From NCBI GenBank assembly GCA_963697135.1, contig CAVOMZ010000016.1:19640-83639 (forward strand): DNA of 64,000 bases, read 5' to 3'. The notes under the pieces were generated by a model. That model searched no databases, was not told the origin of the DNA, and saw only the letters and a program-made list of their open reading frames with translations. The first letter of the stretch is position 1; every line of letters starts with the position of its first letter. Positions 45,673 through 54,847 of the stretch are shown one piece after another. This DNA comes from an uncultured Chloroflexia bacterium. GTDB lineage: Bacteria; Chloroflexota; Limnocylindria; Limnocylindrales; CSP1-4. A program made the translations under genes and the position numbers.

Positions 45673-46287
45673 TTAGTCCGCGCTTGGAGCCTGAGTTGCC
45701 TTGGGTGACGGTGGGCGATGGGGGACGTGACGCGGACGGGGCGGGCGGGCGGCGACGAACTCGAGGCCGGGCAGCAGGTTGACGGTGATGCGGCCGGCGC
45801 GCGGGTCGATGCTTGTGACGACGTCATCGATGGCGGGCAGCAGCAGCTCGCCACGTTCGCCGCGGACGACATAGACATCGTTGGCGCCCGTGGCCATGAC
45901 GTCGAAGAGCTTGCCAAGCACGCTGCCGTCTGCTTCGACGACGTCTAAGCCGATGATCTCGTGTTGGTAGTAGCGGTCTTTTTCGTAGATCGGCTGTGCC
46001 TGGGGTACCTGCAGCTCCTTGCCACGCAGCGTCTCGGCGATGGTGCGGTCGTCGATGCCTTCGAGCTTAAGGTAGACGAGCGACTGCTGGACGCGGCTGC
46101 GCTCGACGACGTGCGGCTTGCCATCGAGCCAGAGGCGGGCGCCCTTATCGAATCGGTTGGGGAAGTCGGTCAGGGATTGGACTTTGAGCTCACCCTGCAG
46201 GCCGTGTACGGACGATACGCGGCCCACGCTGACGGCCGTCTCGGGATCGAAGGCAGGCTCAGGGGTGTTGTTGAAGTTGAAGGTCAT
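45673..46287 (-). CDS. rimM: 16S rRNA processing protein RimM
   Basis: VGRVSSVHGLQGELKV (RimM N-terminal domain) and a PRC-barrel part (YYQHEIIGLDVV...ANDVYVV...LLPAIDDVV). The gene is in operon context with rpsP. Confidence 0.85.
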   Translation of the reverse strand: MTFNFNNTPEPAFDPETAVSVGRVSSVHGLQGELKVQSLTDFPNRFDKGARLWLDGKPHVVERSRVQQSLVYLKLEGIDDRTIAETLRGKELQVPQAQPIYEKDRYYQHEIIGLDVVEADGSVLGKLFDVMATGANDVYVVRGERGELLLPAIDDVVTSIDPRAGRITVNLLPGLEFVAARPPRPRHVPHRPPSPKATQAPSAD

Positions 46288-46389
46288 GGCGAGTTGTCAG
46301 TTATCAGTGGTCAGTTTTCAGTTTTGGTGGCCGTAAACACGAAAGCCTTGTGGCGAACATTGGCAGGCGCCCAAATGTTGGTTGCGCTT

Positions 46390-46435
46390 GGCCAGGTCTC
46401 TCACCGCGGCTGTCGCCGATGGGTCGAGACGACAG
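46390..46435. repeat. family H element inside the rpsP-KH-rimM operon
   Basis: GGCCAGGTCTCTCACCGCGGCTGTCGCCGATGGGTCGAGACGACAG, located between the KH gene stop (46467) and the rimM start (46287). Confidence 0.75.
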
Positions 46436-46466
46436 GATAGACGACAACTGGAAGCTGATTATTGAG

Positions 46467-46697
46467 TTAGTCGCCGATGTCGAGGACGGCGCGGGTGTCT
46501 TGGCGGGCAGCGGCGACCTTCAGCAGCGAGCGCATGGCTTCCGCGACGCGGCCACCACGGCCGATGACTTTGCCCATGTCAGATTCGGCGACATCGAGGT
46601 GGATGACGTGGCGCTGCCCGTCCCACTCTTCCGTTGTTGCGACGTCGTCTGGGTTCTCAACCAGGCCTTTGGCGATGTAGTCAACGAGCTCTTTCAT
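46467..46697 (-). CDS. KH-domain RNA-binding protein (UPF0109/YlqC-like)
   Basis: MKELVDYIAKGLVENPDDV... and GKVIGRGGRVAEAMRSLL (the GxxG KH motif). AGAGG Shine-Dalgarno lies before ATG 46697. Confidence 0.8.
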   Translation of the reverse strand: MKELVDYIAKGLVENPDDVATTEEWDGQRHVIHLDVAESDMGKVIGRGGRVAEAMRSLLKVAAARQDTRAVLDIGD

Positions 46698-46802
46698 AAA
46701 AGCCTCTAGCAATTAGCAGTTAGCTTTTAGCGGTTAGCTTTCGCCGAAGGTCGACCGCGTAGGCGATCAGGAGCCAATGGGCCAAAAGCTAATAGCTAAC
46801 TA

Positions 46803-47060
46803 CTAGCTGCTGGCGACTGCTTCGATTGTGCCGCGCTTGGTGAGCAGCTTCTGGACGCGATCCGTGGGCTGGGCGCCCTTGGAGAGCCACTCGCGGATCT
46901 TCTCGTCGTTGACCTCGAAGGTGGTGGGCTCGGTGCGCGGGTTGTAGTGGCCCACGATCTCGACGAAACGGCCGTCGCGCGCAAAGCGTGACTCGGCAAT
47001 GACGACGCGGTAGCTGGGCTGCTTCTTCTTGCCCACGCGGGAAAGTCTGATTTTCAACAA
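46803..47060 (-). CDS. rpsP: 30S ribosomal protein S16
   Basis: (M)LKIRLSRVGKKKQPSYRVVIAESRFARDGRFVEIVGHYNP with a TTG start. Confidence 0.9.
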   Translation of the reverse strand: MLKIRLSRVGKKKQPSYRVVIAESRFARDGRFVEIVGHYNPRTEPTTFEVNDEKIREWLSKGAQPTDRVQKLLTKRGTIEAVASS

Positions 47061-47129
47061 GTTGCTATCTCCTCATCCTCAGCCGTGACTTTAGCACGGC
47101 GTGTCGTCTTATGTCGTTGGGCGGGGGCG

Positions 47130-47167
47130 CTTCCCTCACCCTAAGCCTCTCCCGCGGGGAGAGGGAA
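47130..47167. repeat. family D hairpin between ffh and rpsP
   Basis: CTTCCCTCACCCTAAGCCTCTCCCGCGGGGAGAGGGAA. Confidence 0.7.
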
Positions 47168-47229
47168 CTCGTTCGATTAGACCTCGGACCATCCAGCCTG
47201 AACCCCAGGCTTCAAATGACGAGGGTTGG

Positions 47230-48548
47230 TTAGCGCATGCCCAGCATCTTGGCGGTGCGTCCGGAAGCCATCATTTGCATGATCTTCTTGGCTTCTTTCC
47301 ACTGCTTGAGAAGCTGGTTCACGTCCTGCGGGGTGGTGCCGAGCCGTTGGCGATGCGCTTTCGGCGGCTGCCGTTGATAACGTCCGGGTTGCGGCGCTCT
47401 TGCGGGGTCATCGAGAAGACGATGGCCTCGGCGCGCCTGAAGAAAGTATCGTCAATCTCTGTCGTCTGCAACTGCTTCTTGATGCCGCCCAAGCCTGGGA
47501 TCATGCCCATGAGCTCGCCGATGGGGCCCATCTTGCGTACCTGCTGTAGCTGCTTGACGAAGTCGTTGAGGTCTAGCTGGTTGGCTTTGGCGCGCTTGCC
47601 GAAGTCCGCCATGTCGTCCTGATCGACGTTCTGCTGGGCGCGCTCGATCAGGGTGAGCACGTCGCCCATGCCGAGGATGCGGGAGGCGAAGCGCTCGGGA
47701 TGGAAGGGCTCCAGGGCGTCGGCGCGCTCGCCGGTGCCGATGAACTTGATCGGCAGGCCGGTCATGGCGCGGATCGAGAGGGCAGCGCCACCTCGGGCAT
47801 CGCCGTCCAGCTTGGTGAGCACGAAGCCGGTGACCTTGGCGACCTTGCCGAACTCCTCGGCGACGTGTACGGCTTCCTGGCCGGTCATCGCGTCGACGAC
47901 CAGCAGCGTTTCGTGCGGTGAGAAGCTCTCTTGCAGCTCAATGAGCTCTTCGGTGACGTCTTCGTCGAGCTGCAGGTAGCCTGCGGAGTCGACGATCATC
48001 GCCGTAGCGCCGGTGCGCTTGGCTTCGGCGATGGCTTCCTTGGCGAGCTTGGGGAAGTCGGTCATGTCGCCGGCGAAGACCGGGATGTCGTGCTGGCGGC
48101 CGAGGGTCTTGAGCTGCTCGGCGGCGGCAACACGGTAGGGGTCGGCCGCGACCATCATGGGGCGGCCGCCGGAGCGTCGCAGATGCACCGCGAGCTTGGA
48201 AGCAAAGGTGGTCTTGCCGGAGCCCTTGAGGCCGAGTAGCAAGACAACGGTCGGCGGCGCCGATACGGCGAGGGTGGACTGTGAGCCGCCGAGCATCTTG
48301 GTCAGCTCTTCGTTAACGATGGCGATGACCTGCTGCGGACCGGTCAGCGACTTGAGCACGTCGACGCCGGAAGCGCGCTCCCGCACGGCGCCGATGAACT
48401 CGCGCACGACGCGGAAGTTGACGTCCGCCTCGAGCAGCGCGACGCGTACCTCACGCAAGGCCTCTTCGAGGTCCTTCTCGGTGACGGTGCCGTGGCTGGA
48501 GAGGCGTCCGAAAACGCGTTGCAGTTTGTCGCTAAGGGCGTCGAACAT
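47230..48548 (-). pseudogene. ffh: signal recognition particle protein Ffh, frame broken 36 codons before the natural stop (probable sequencing indel)
   Basis: N/G domain motifs GLKGSGKTT and TKLDGDARGGAALS, plus the M domain. ORF 47319..48548 ends ...RIANGSAPPRRT*. Shifting by one nucleotide at 47340-47341 (CC, where CCC is expected) restores ...RIANGSGTTPQDVNQLLKQWKEAKKIMQMMASGRTAKMLGMR* with the stop at 47230. Confidence 0.9.
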
Positions 48549-49191
48549 ACGTAACCCTGATTGTAGGCGATAGGCGGCGCCGGCGAAACCTCAGACCCTC
48601 TACCCTGTTGTTGCTCTGAGACTTTAACTGCTCAGTGAAAATGTCCGAGGGCGCTGGTTGGTGACGATGTCCATTCACGGAACGAAAGGACTACGTCAGC
48701 TCGAGCCAGAAGGAGCAGAGACGAACTGATGCTTCATATGGCGCCCAGCCCGATGTGCCCCGTGATTGCGAGTGCCAGTCGCCCAGCGACGCGAAACAAT
48801 CTAAAGCGCGCATCCTGCACGAGATGGACGTACCGCTTCCAGTCGAGCGAGTGGGGGATTCCGTTGGCGGCTTTCCAAGACGATGGAGGCCCTGGCCTTG
48901 TGCCGCACCCGGGCGATCGCCCGCCCATGGCCGGCCGGCTAACAGGCGGCTGTGTGCCGGCTCCAGGTGCCCGGCCCTGGCCGGGAATGACTAAGAACGA
49001 AGAGGCGGACGTAAAGTTGGGCGCGAATTGCGAAGGAGTTATCACGAGATGTCCGTGTGATACGGAGAGTGACCCTGCAGATTCACCGATCGATGAAAGT
49101 CGCGGTTCGGTATCGATGACGCTTTGGCTGCTACGGGATGAATTGGGATGAGGCGCCAGTAAGGCTTATCATGTCCTTCTAGGCACCAATT

Positions 49192-51328
49192 ATGGATATA
49201 GACGAGAAGACGCCGCCCGTCCCCGCGCCGCCTAATGAGGCGGACAACGGACGCACCGTGGTGCGCATTCCCAGGCGCCCTCGCGATGGCAATGGCTATG
49301 GCGAAGTGGGCCATGCGCCTCAGGAGCCTGAGTTCCACGAGACGGTGCAGGGCAGCAAGCCGGGCACGCGCTTCTTGAGGCTGCCGCGCGCCGGCGAGCA
49401 AAAGCTGCGTCGTGTATCCGAGAACGAGTTCGAGGCGACGAAGGTGGTGCTGCGGGCTGCGACGCCGATTGGGCGGACGTGGTCCGGTGTGCGCCACTTC
49501 TTTATCGGCGAGACGCTGCGGTCGTCTGAGCTGAGCGAGCAGCGCCTGAGCAAGATCAAGGCGCTGGCCATCTTCTCTTCGGACGCCCTTTCGTCCTCGG
49601 CATATGCGACCGAGGAAATCCTGCTGGCGCTGTTGATCGCGGGCACGGCGGCGCTGACGACTTCTATCTGGATCGCCCTGAGCATCGCGCTGCTGACGGT
49701 GATCGTCGTCATCTCCTACCGGCAGACGATTCGCGCCTACCCTAACGGCGGCGGCGCTTACATCGTGGCGAAGGAGAACTTGGGAGTGCCCGCCGGACTG
49801 ATGGCAGGCGCTGCACTGATTGTCGACTACATCATGACGGTTGCCGTATCGACCGCCGCGGGCGTGGCGGCGATCACATCCGCGATCCCGGAGCTCTCGC
49901 ATATGAGAGTCGAGCTGGCTTTGGCCTCGGTGGCGTTGATTACGCTCGCCAACCTGCGCGGCATCCGCGAGTCCGGCACGATGTTCGCCATACCGACTTA
50001 CTTCTTCATCTTCAGCTTCGGCGGCATGATCGCCATCGGGCTGATCCGAATTGCTTTTGGCGCTGACCTACACGCCGCTGCCGTCGAGAACGCCATCGAG
50101 CCTGGTATGCAGGCCCTGAGCCTCTTCGTCTTGCTGCGCGCGTTCGCATCTGGTTGTGCCGCTCTGACCGGTATCGAGGCCGTGGCCAACGGCGTGCCGA
50201 GCTTCCAGCCGCCGGAGTCGAAGAACGCGGCGACAACGCAGGTCTGGATGGCGGCGATCCTGATGGCGTTCTTCGTCGGCGTCACGGTGCTGGCGCACGA
50301 GATGGGCATTCAGCCTTCCTCGAGTCAAGACGGTCGTGTCGCAGATTGCCGAGGGCGTGTTCGGCCACAACATCCTCTTCTTCATCATGCAGGGCTCGAC
50401 GACGCTGATCTTGCTGCTGGCGGCCAACACCGCCTTCGCCGGCCTGCCCGTACTTGCGTCGGTTATGGCGCGCGACTCCGCGATGCCAAAGCAGTTCGCC
50501 TTCCGAGGCGACCGGCTGGCCTTCAGCAACGGCATCGTCATGCTGGGCTTCGCTTCCGCCGCGGTGCTGTTCGTCTTTGGGGCCGAGACGCACAAGATCA
50601 TTCCGCTATACGCCTTCGGTGTGTTCATGGCGTTCACGCTCTCGCAGGCCGGCATGGTGATCCACTGGAAGCGCAACCCGGAGCCCGGCTCGAAGCGCTC
50701 AGCGATAGTCAACGGCGTCGGCGCGGTCGTCACGGGCGTCGTTGCGGTCATCGTTGGCGGCACCAAGTTCTCGCACGGCGCCTGGCTATCGATCGCGATC
50801 ATGTTTGCGCTCGCTATCCTCTGCTGGTGGATCCGCCGCCACTACGAGGACGCGGCTGAGCAGCTTGGCACTGGTCTGGCCGGCGCCGACGGTGTGGCGG
50901 AGAGCTTCTACATCGCCTCGGCGGGCAGGCCTCAGACCGTCATCGTGCCGGTGGAGAAGATCGACCGCGCCGTCCTGCGGACGCTGGCCTACGCACGCAC
51001 GCTTTCGCCCAACGCCATCGCCATCCACGTCACGGACGAGCGCGAATCGGCCGAGGAGCTGCGACGGCGCTGGCAAGAGTCGATCCCGGATATGCCGCTG
51101 GTAGTGGTCGAATCGCCCTACCGATCCCTGGTCGAGCCGATCATGGCTTACATCGACGGCGTCGACCGTACCCAGCCCAACCACATGGTGACGGTGGTGC
51201 TGCCGGAGTTCGTGCCGAAGCACTTCTGGCAGAAGTACCTGCACAACCAGCTATCGCTGCGGCTCAAGAAGGCGCTGATCAACCGTCGCAACACGGTCAT
51301 CGTCGACGTGCCCTACCACCTGCGCTAG
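49192..51328 (+). pseudogene. APC-family amino acid/polyamine permease with C-terminal cytoplasmic domain, one frameshift
   Basis: ORF 49192..50859 is permease-like up to ...LAHEMGIQPSS. The sequence then continues in ORF 50336..51328 (SQIAEGVFGHNILFFIMQGSTTLILLLAANTAF...). The shift is near 50320. Confidence 0.7.
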
Positions 51329-51352
51329 CGACTCGCCGCTATACTGGGCCCC

Positions 51353-52183
51353 ATGACGACCGAAGTGACGCTCACCGCCAAACGAGAGCAGCTGCTGGCG
51401 ATCCTGCGTGAGCTCGGTTCCGTCGTGGTTGCCTTTTCCGGCGGCGTCGATAGCACCTTCGTTGCCTCCGCGGCCTTCGATGCGCTGGGCGAGCGAGCGC
51501 TGGCTGTGACGGGCGTTTCGCCTTCGATCCCGGAGGCCGAAGTGGAGGAAGCGAAGGCGCTGGCCGCGTCGATCGGCATCGCCCACCGGCTGATCGAAAC
51601 GCACGAGATGGACCAGCCGGGCTACGTCGAGAACTCGCCCGACCGTTGTTTCTACTGCAAGGACGAGCTCTACACGCTGCTCGGTCAGATGACGCAGATC
51701 GACGGCTACGACTACGTGGTCGACGGCTGCAACCTGGACGACGTCGGCGACTACCGTCCCGGCCGGCGCGCCGCGGCCGACCACGGCGTGCGCAGCCCGC
51801 TGATCGAGGCGCAGCTGACGAAGGACGAGATCAGAGCCCTTTCGAAAGAACGCGGCCTGCCGACATGGGATAAGCCGGCGATGGCCTGCCTCTCGTCGCG
51901 CATACCCTACGGCTCGCCGGTGACGGTGGAGGCGCTGGACCAGATCGAGGCGGCGGAGATGTTCCTGCGCTCGCTGGGCCTGCGACAGCTCCGGGTGCGC
52001 CACCACGGCAGCATCGCCCGCATCGAGCTGGACGAAAGCGGCATGGCGGTATTGATGCGTGGCGGGCGGCGTCAGTCGGTGGTCGAGCGGTTCAAGGAGC
52101 TTGGCTTCGCGTACGTCGCACTCGACCTGGCGGGCTTTCGCTCCGGCAGCATGAACGACGTGCTAAAGCTAAAACAGCCGTAA
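51353..52183 (+). CDS. larE: ATP-dependent sacrificial sulfur transferase LarE (PP-loop ATPase)
   Basis: PP-loop VVAFSGGVDS, CFYCKDELY, and ACLSSRIPYG. Confidence 0.75.
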   Translation: MTTEVTLTAKREQLLAILRELGSVVVAFSGGVDSTFVASAAFDALGERALAVTGVSPSIPEAEVEEAKALAASIGIAHRLIETHEMDQPGYVENSPDRCFYCKDELYTLLGQMTQIDGYDYVVDGCNLDDVGDYRPGRRAAADHGVRSPLIEAQLTKDEIRALSKERGLPTWDKPAMACLSSRIPYGSPVTVEALDQIEAAEMFLRSLGLRQLRVRHHGSIARIELDESGMAVLMRGGRRQSVVERFKELGFAYVALDLAGFRSGSMNDVLKLKQP

Positions 52184-52247
52184 TCCGAGCAGTGCCCGAT
52201 CTGTACAGCAAGGCTCATTGCGTTTTGAGGTTGGAAGCGTGGCGCTA

Positions 52248-52388
52248 CCTCACCCAACCCCCTCTCCTTCCGAGGAGAGGGGCTCGTTCCGCGTCGCTTC
52301 GCGATGCGGTTGGTTGGAGCGCGGCTAAAGCTCGTGGAGCAAGATAAGACTCTTCTCTCTCCCTGCTAGGGAGAGCCGGGGGTGAGGG
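52248..52388. repeat. pair of inverted family D hairpins
   Basis: CCTCACCCAACCCCCTCTCCTTCCGAGGAGAGGGG (52248-52282) and the inverse-oriented CTCTCTCCCTGCTAGGGAGAGCCGGGGGTGAGGG (52355-52388). Confidence 0.6.
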
Positions 52389-52742
52389 TCGACGCATTCG
52401 TCCGCCAGCCCAACTCTGATCAGCCAACGCCGAAGGGCGCGTCCTTTTACGAGATCAGGATGCTGTTGGAAGCTATCTGCAGGGCTCTTGGTTGCTTGCA
52501 AGATGTGTGATGGCGCGAAGAGATCTGCCGCGTTGAGTGGTCCGCAATACAGACTCACGGCATCCTGAGCCTGTCGAAGGACGGGCGCTCTGGCAATTTG
52601 CCGGACAAGCTCTCGTCAGCTCGGCGAGCGCAATCCTTGGTCGCCCGGAGGACCCCGTTCCAGCGGGCGCTCGGCTGAGCGCCCTACATTGTCCGGCGTG
52701 GCGACTTCGACTAAGGCGGCAACCACAACAATGAGGCAGCCG

Positions 52743-52943
52743 TTACTTCTCGATCATGATCTCGGTCGACTTAACGATTGCCGTTACTTGATCGCCTTCC
52801 TTGAGGCCGAGCGCTTCGGCTGAGCTCCTCGTGATCACGGAGACAATCTCCAGGCCGCCGGCTGATACGACGACTTCCGCCATGAGGCCGTCCGTCTTGA
52901 CCGACTTCACGGTGCCTTTGAGCTGATTGCGCGCGCTGAGCAT
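52743..52943 (-). CDS. molybdenum-pterin-binding (Mop/TOBE) protein
   Basis: 66 aa from ATG 52943 with GGAGG Shine-Dalgarno. MLSARNQLKGTVKSVKTDGLMAEVVV...LKEGDQVTAIVKSTEIMI is a typical Mop sequence. The 143-aa ORF in the track is over-extended. Confidence 0.8.
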   Translation of the reverse strand: MLSARNQLKGTVKSVKTDGLMAEVVVSAGGLEIVSVITRSSAEALGLKEGDQVTAIVKSTEIMIEK

Positions 52944-53078
52944 TTTCGAGCCTCCTTCGAGTATTGGTGGGCTAGAGATCGGCGCCTCAATACAGTCTAT
53001 TGAAGCCGGCAGCCTTGCAGGCGCAGATTGGCTAATTACCTTGACGCTAGTCAATAGTTGAGTGATGATTTGCTCGCT

Positions 53079-53648
53079 ATGCCGAAGACCAAGACGTTTC
53101 TCACGCCCGCCGAGTACGCAGTCCTGGGCCTCGTTCGCGAAAAGCCCGCCTACGGCTACGAGCTGCAGCGTCACCTCAGCGGCAAGCGCGGCCTCGGTCG
53201 TGTGTGTCCCGTGGAGCCGGCGATGGTGTACGCCATCCTCAAGTCGCTATCGGGGTTGGAGCTGATCGACGGCGTGTGGGACAACAGCGCCTACCCTCCC
53301 AAAGCCGTCTACACGACGACCGACCAGGGGCAGATCACCTTCGAGCGCTGGCTGCACAGCCCGGTCGGCCGCATGCGCGAGGTGCGTCTCGATTTCCTGG
53401 TCAAGCTCTATTTCGCCATGAAGGCAGACAACGACCTGGCTCGGGAGCTTGTCGCTGCCCAGATTGCCGTGACCACGGATTACGCCGAGGAGATCGCACG
53501 GGAGCAGACGGAGCTCGACATGGGTATGCCGGACTTCGACGCCATCGTCCTCGAATCGAAGGCCTCGGCTGCGCGCATCACGCTGGCCTGGCTACAGCGA
53601 TGCCTGGATAGCCTGTCTGCCGCCTTTGCCTCGCCGCAAGGAAGCTAA
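53079..53648 (+). CDS. PadR family transcriptional regulator
   Basis: LTPAEYAVLGLVREKPAYGYEL...MVYAILKSLSGLELI is a PadR winged-helix pattern. About 190 aa with a C-terminal helical domain. Confidence 0.8.
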   Translation: MPKTKTFLTPAEYAVLGLVREKPAYGYELQRHLSGKRGLGRVCPVEPAMVYAILKSLSGLELIDGVWDNSAYPPKAVYTTTDQGQITFERWLHSPVGRMREVRLDFLVKLYFAMKADNDLARELVAAQIAVTTDYAEEIAREQTELDMGMPDFDAIVLESKASAARITLAWLQRCLDSLSAAFASPQGS

Positions 53649-53668
53649 GAAACACCAGGGGAGATCAA

Positions 53669-54553
53669 TTGAAAAACTGGCTGGGCAAGTCTGTATTCCT
53701 GTCGCTGCTGACGATTGCCACGGTCTTCGGACTGGTCGCTTGTAGCAGCAGCAAGTCGTCCTCGCCGCCATCGACGGCCGCGACCAGCGCGCCGCCGGCC
53801 GCGGCGGCACCGACGACGGCGCCGGCAGCCGCCTCCGGCAAGATCACCGTTTTCGCCGCTTCGTCGCTGACCGATGCCTTCAACGAGATCAAGACCAACT
53901 TCATCAAAGCGAACCCGGGCGCTGACATCGAGTTCCAGTTCGCCGGCACGCCCGCGCTGCGTACTCAGATGGAGCAGGGCGCCAAGGCCGACGTCTTCGC
54001 CAGCGCCGACGTGCCCAACATGACGATGGCGCTGCAGTCCGGCCTCGTCGCCGATGCGGGCAAGACCTTTGCGAAGAACTCACTCGTGATCATCACTCCC
54101 AAAAACAACCCCAAGAAGGTCGCCGGTCCGGCCGACCTGAAGATGCCCGGCCTGAAGCTGGTGCTGGCAGCGCCGGAAGTGCCGGTGGGCAATTACGCTC
54201 GCCAATCATTCATGACCATGGAAAAGGACCCGATGTTCGGCGCGGGCTTTTCGGACGCGGTGCTCAAGAACGTTGTATCCAACGAGAGCAACGTCAAGCA
54301 GGTCGTCGCCAAGGTGCAACTCGGTGAGGCGGATGCCGGCGTGGTCTACGGCACGGACGTGACTGCCGACGTGAAGAACGACCTCACGCAGGTGGCCATC
54401 CCGACGCAGTTCAACGTGATCGCCGAGTATCCCATCGCCCTGACCAAGACGCCGGGCAACCCCAACACGGCCAAGGCGTTCGTGGCATACGTGACAGGCG
54501 CTGACGGCCAGGCGGTCCTGAAGAAGTACGGCTTCGTATCCCCCGGCAGCTAG
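53669..54553 (+). CDS. modA: molybdate ABC transporter substrate-binding protein
   Basis: TTG start and lipobox FGLVACSS. ITVFAASSLTDAF, ADVFASAD and NVKQVVAKVQLGEADAGVVYGTDV are ModA-like. Confidence 0.85.
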   Translation: MKNWLGKSVFLSLLTIATVFGLVACSSSKSSSPPSTAATSAPPAAAAPTTAPAAASGKITVFAASSLTDAFNEIKTNFIKANPGADIEFQFAGTPALRTQMEQGAKADVFASADVPNMTMALQSGLVADAGKTFAKNSLVIITPKNNPKKVAGPADLKMPGLKLVLAAPEVPVGNYARQSFMTMEKDPMFGAGFSDAVLKNVVSNESNVKQVVAKVQLGEADAGVVYGTDVTADVKNDLTQVAIPTQFNVIAEYPIALTKTPGNPNTAKAFVAYVTGADGQAVLKKYGFVSPGS

Positions 54554-54555
54554 AA

Positions 54556-54834
54556 ATGCAGGACGCCGCGGCTCCGAGCGCACCTTTCTTCTGCCCGGTC
54601 TGCGAGCGCGCCATCGTCTTCATCTGGGTCTGGCAAGACCCGGAGAGCCCGCGTATTCGCATGTTTTGCGAGGACTGCTCGCATCTGGACGAGTACCAAC
54701 TGTTGCCGAAGGAACAGCGCACAATCCTCAGCCTCGAAGGGTTTCAGCGCTTCGCGGCCCGCCGGCTTTTGACGCACGTCCTGCAGCGGGAGCGAGGCAA
54801 GAAGGCCGGCGTTACCGAGCACCACGAAGACTAG
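54556..54834 (+). CDS. small zinc-ribbon protein (CPVC...CEDC), unknown function
   Basis: 92-aa ORF starting 3 nt after the modA stop. It has high third-position GC and two CxxC pairs (FFCPVCERA ... MFCEDCSH). No family recognised. Confidence 0.45.
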   Translation: MQDAAAPSAPFFCPVCERAIVFIWVWQDPESPRIRMFCEDCSHLDEYQLLPKEQRTILSLEGFQRFAARRLLTHVLQRERGKKAGVTEHHED

Positions 54835-54847
54835 GAGCGAGCACTAG

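Noticed and set aside
48690-48760. SRP RNA-like motif (GUCAGCUCGAGCC-AGAA-GGAGCAGAG) in the ffh upstream region. It resembles the helix 8 GGAAGCAGC block.
   Set aside because: The apical loop would be AGAA rather than GNRA. The asymmetric loop falls on the wrong side of the helix. I could not build the closing 5'/3' helix. On the opposite strand the AGCA signature is lost. Only a covariance-model scan could revive this idea.
52944-53078. Moco riboswitch upstream of the Mop gene.
   Set aside because: The leader can be at most about 115 nt before it runs into the divergent padR promoter and start. I could not identify the conserved Moco-motif blocks with confidence. An Rfam RF01055 scan would settle it.
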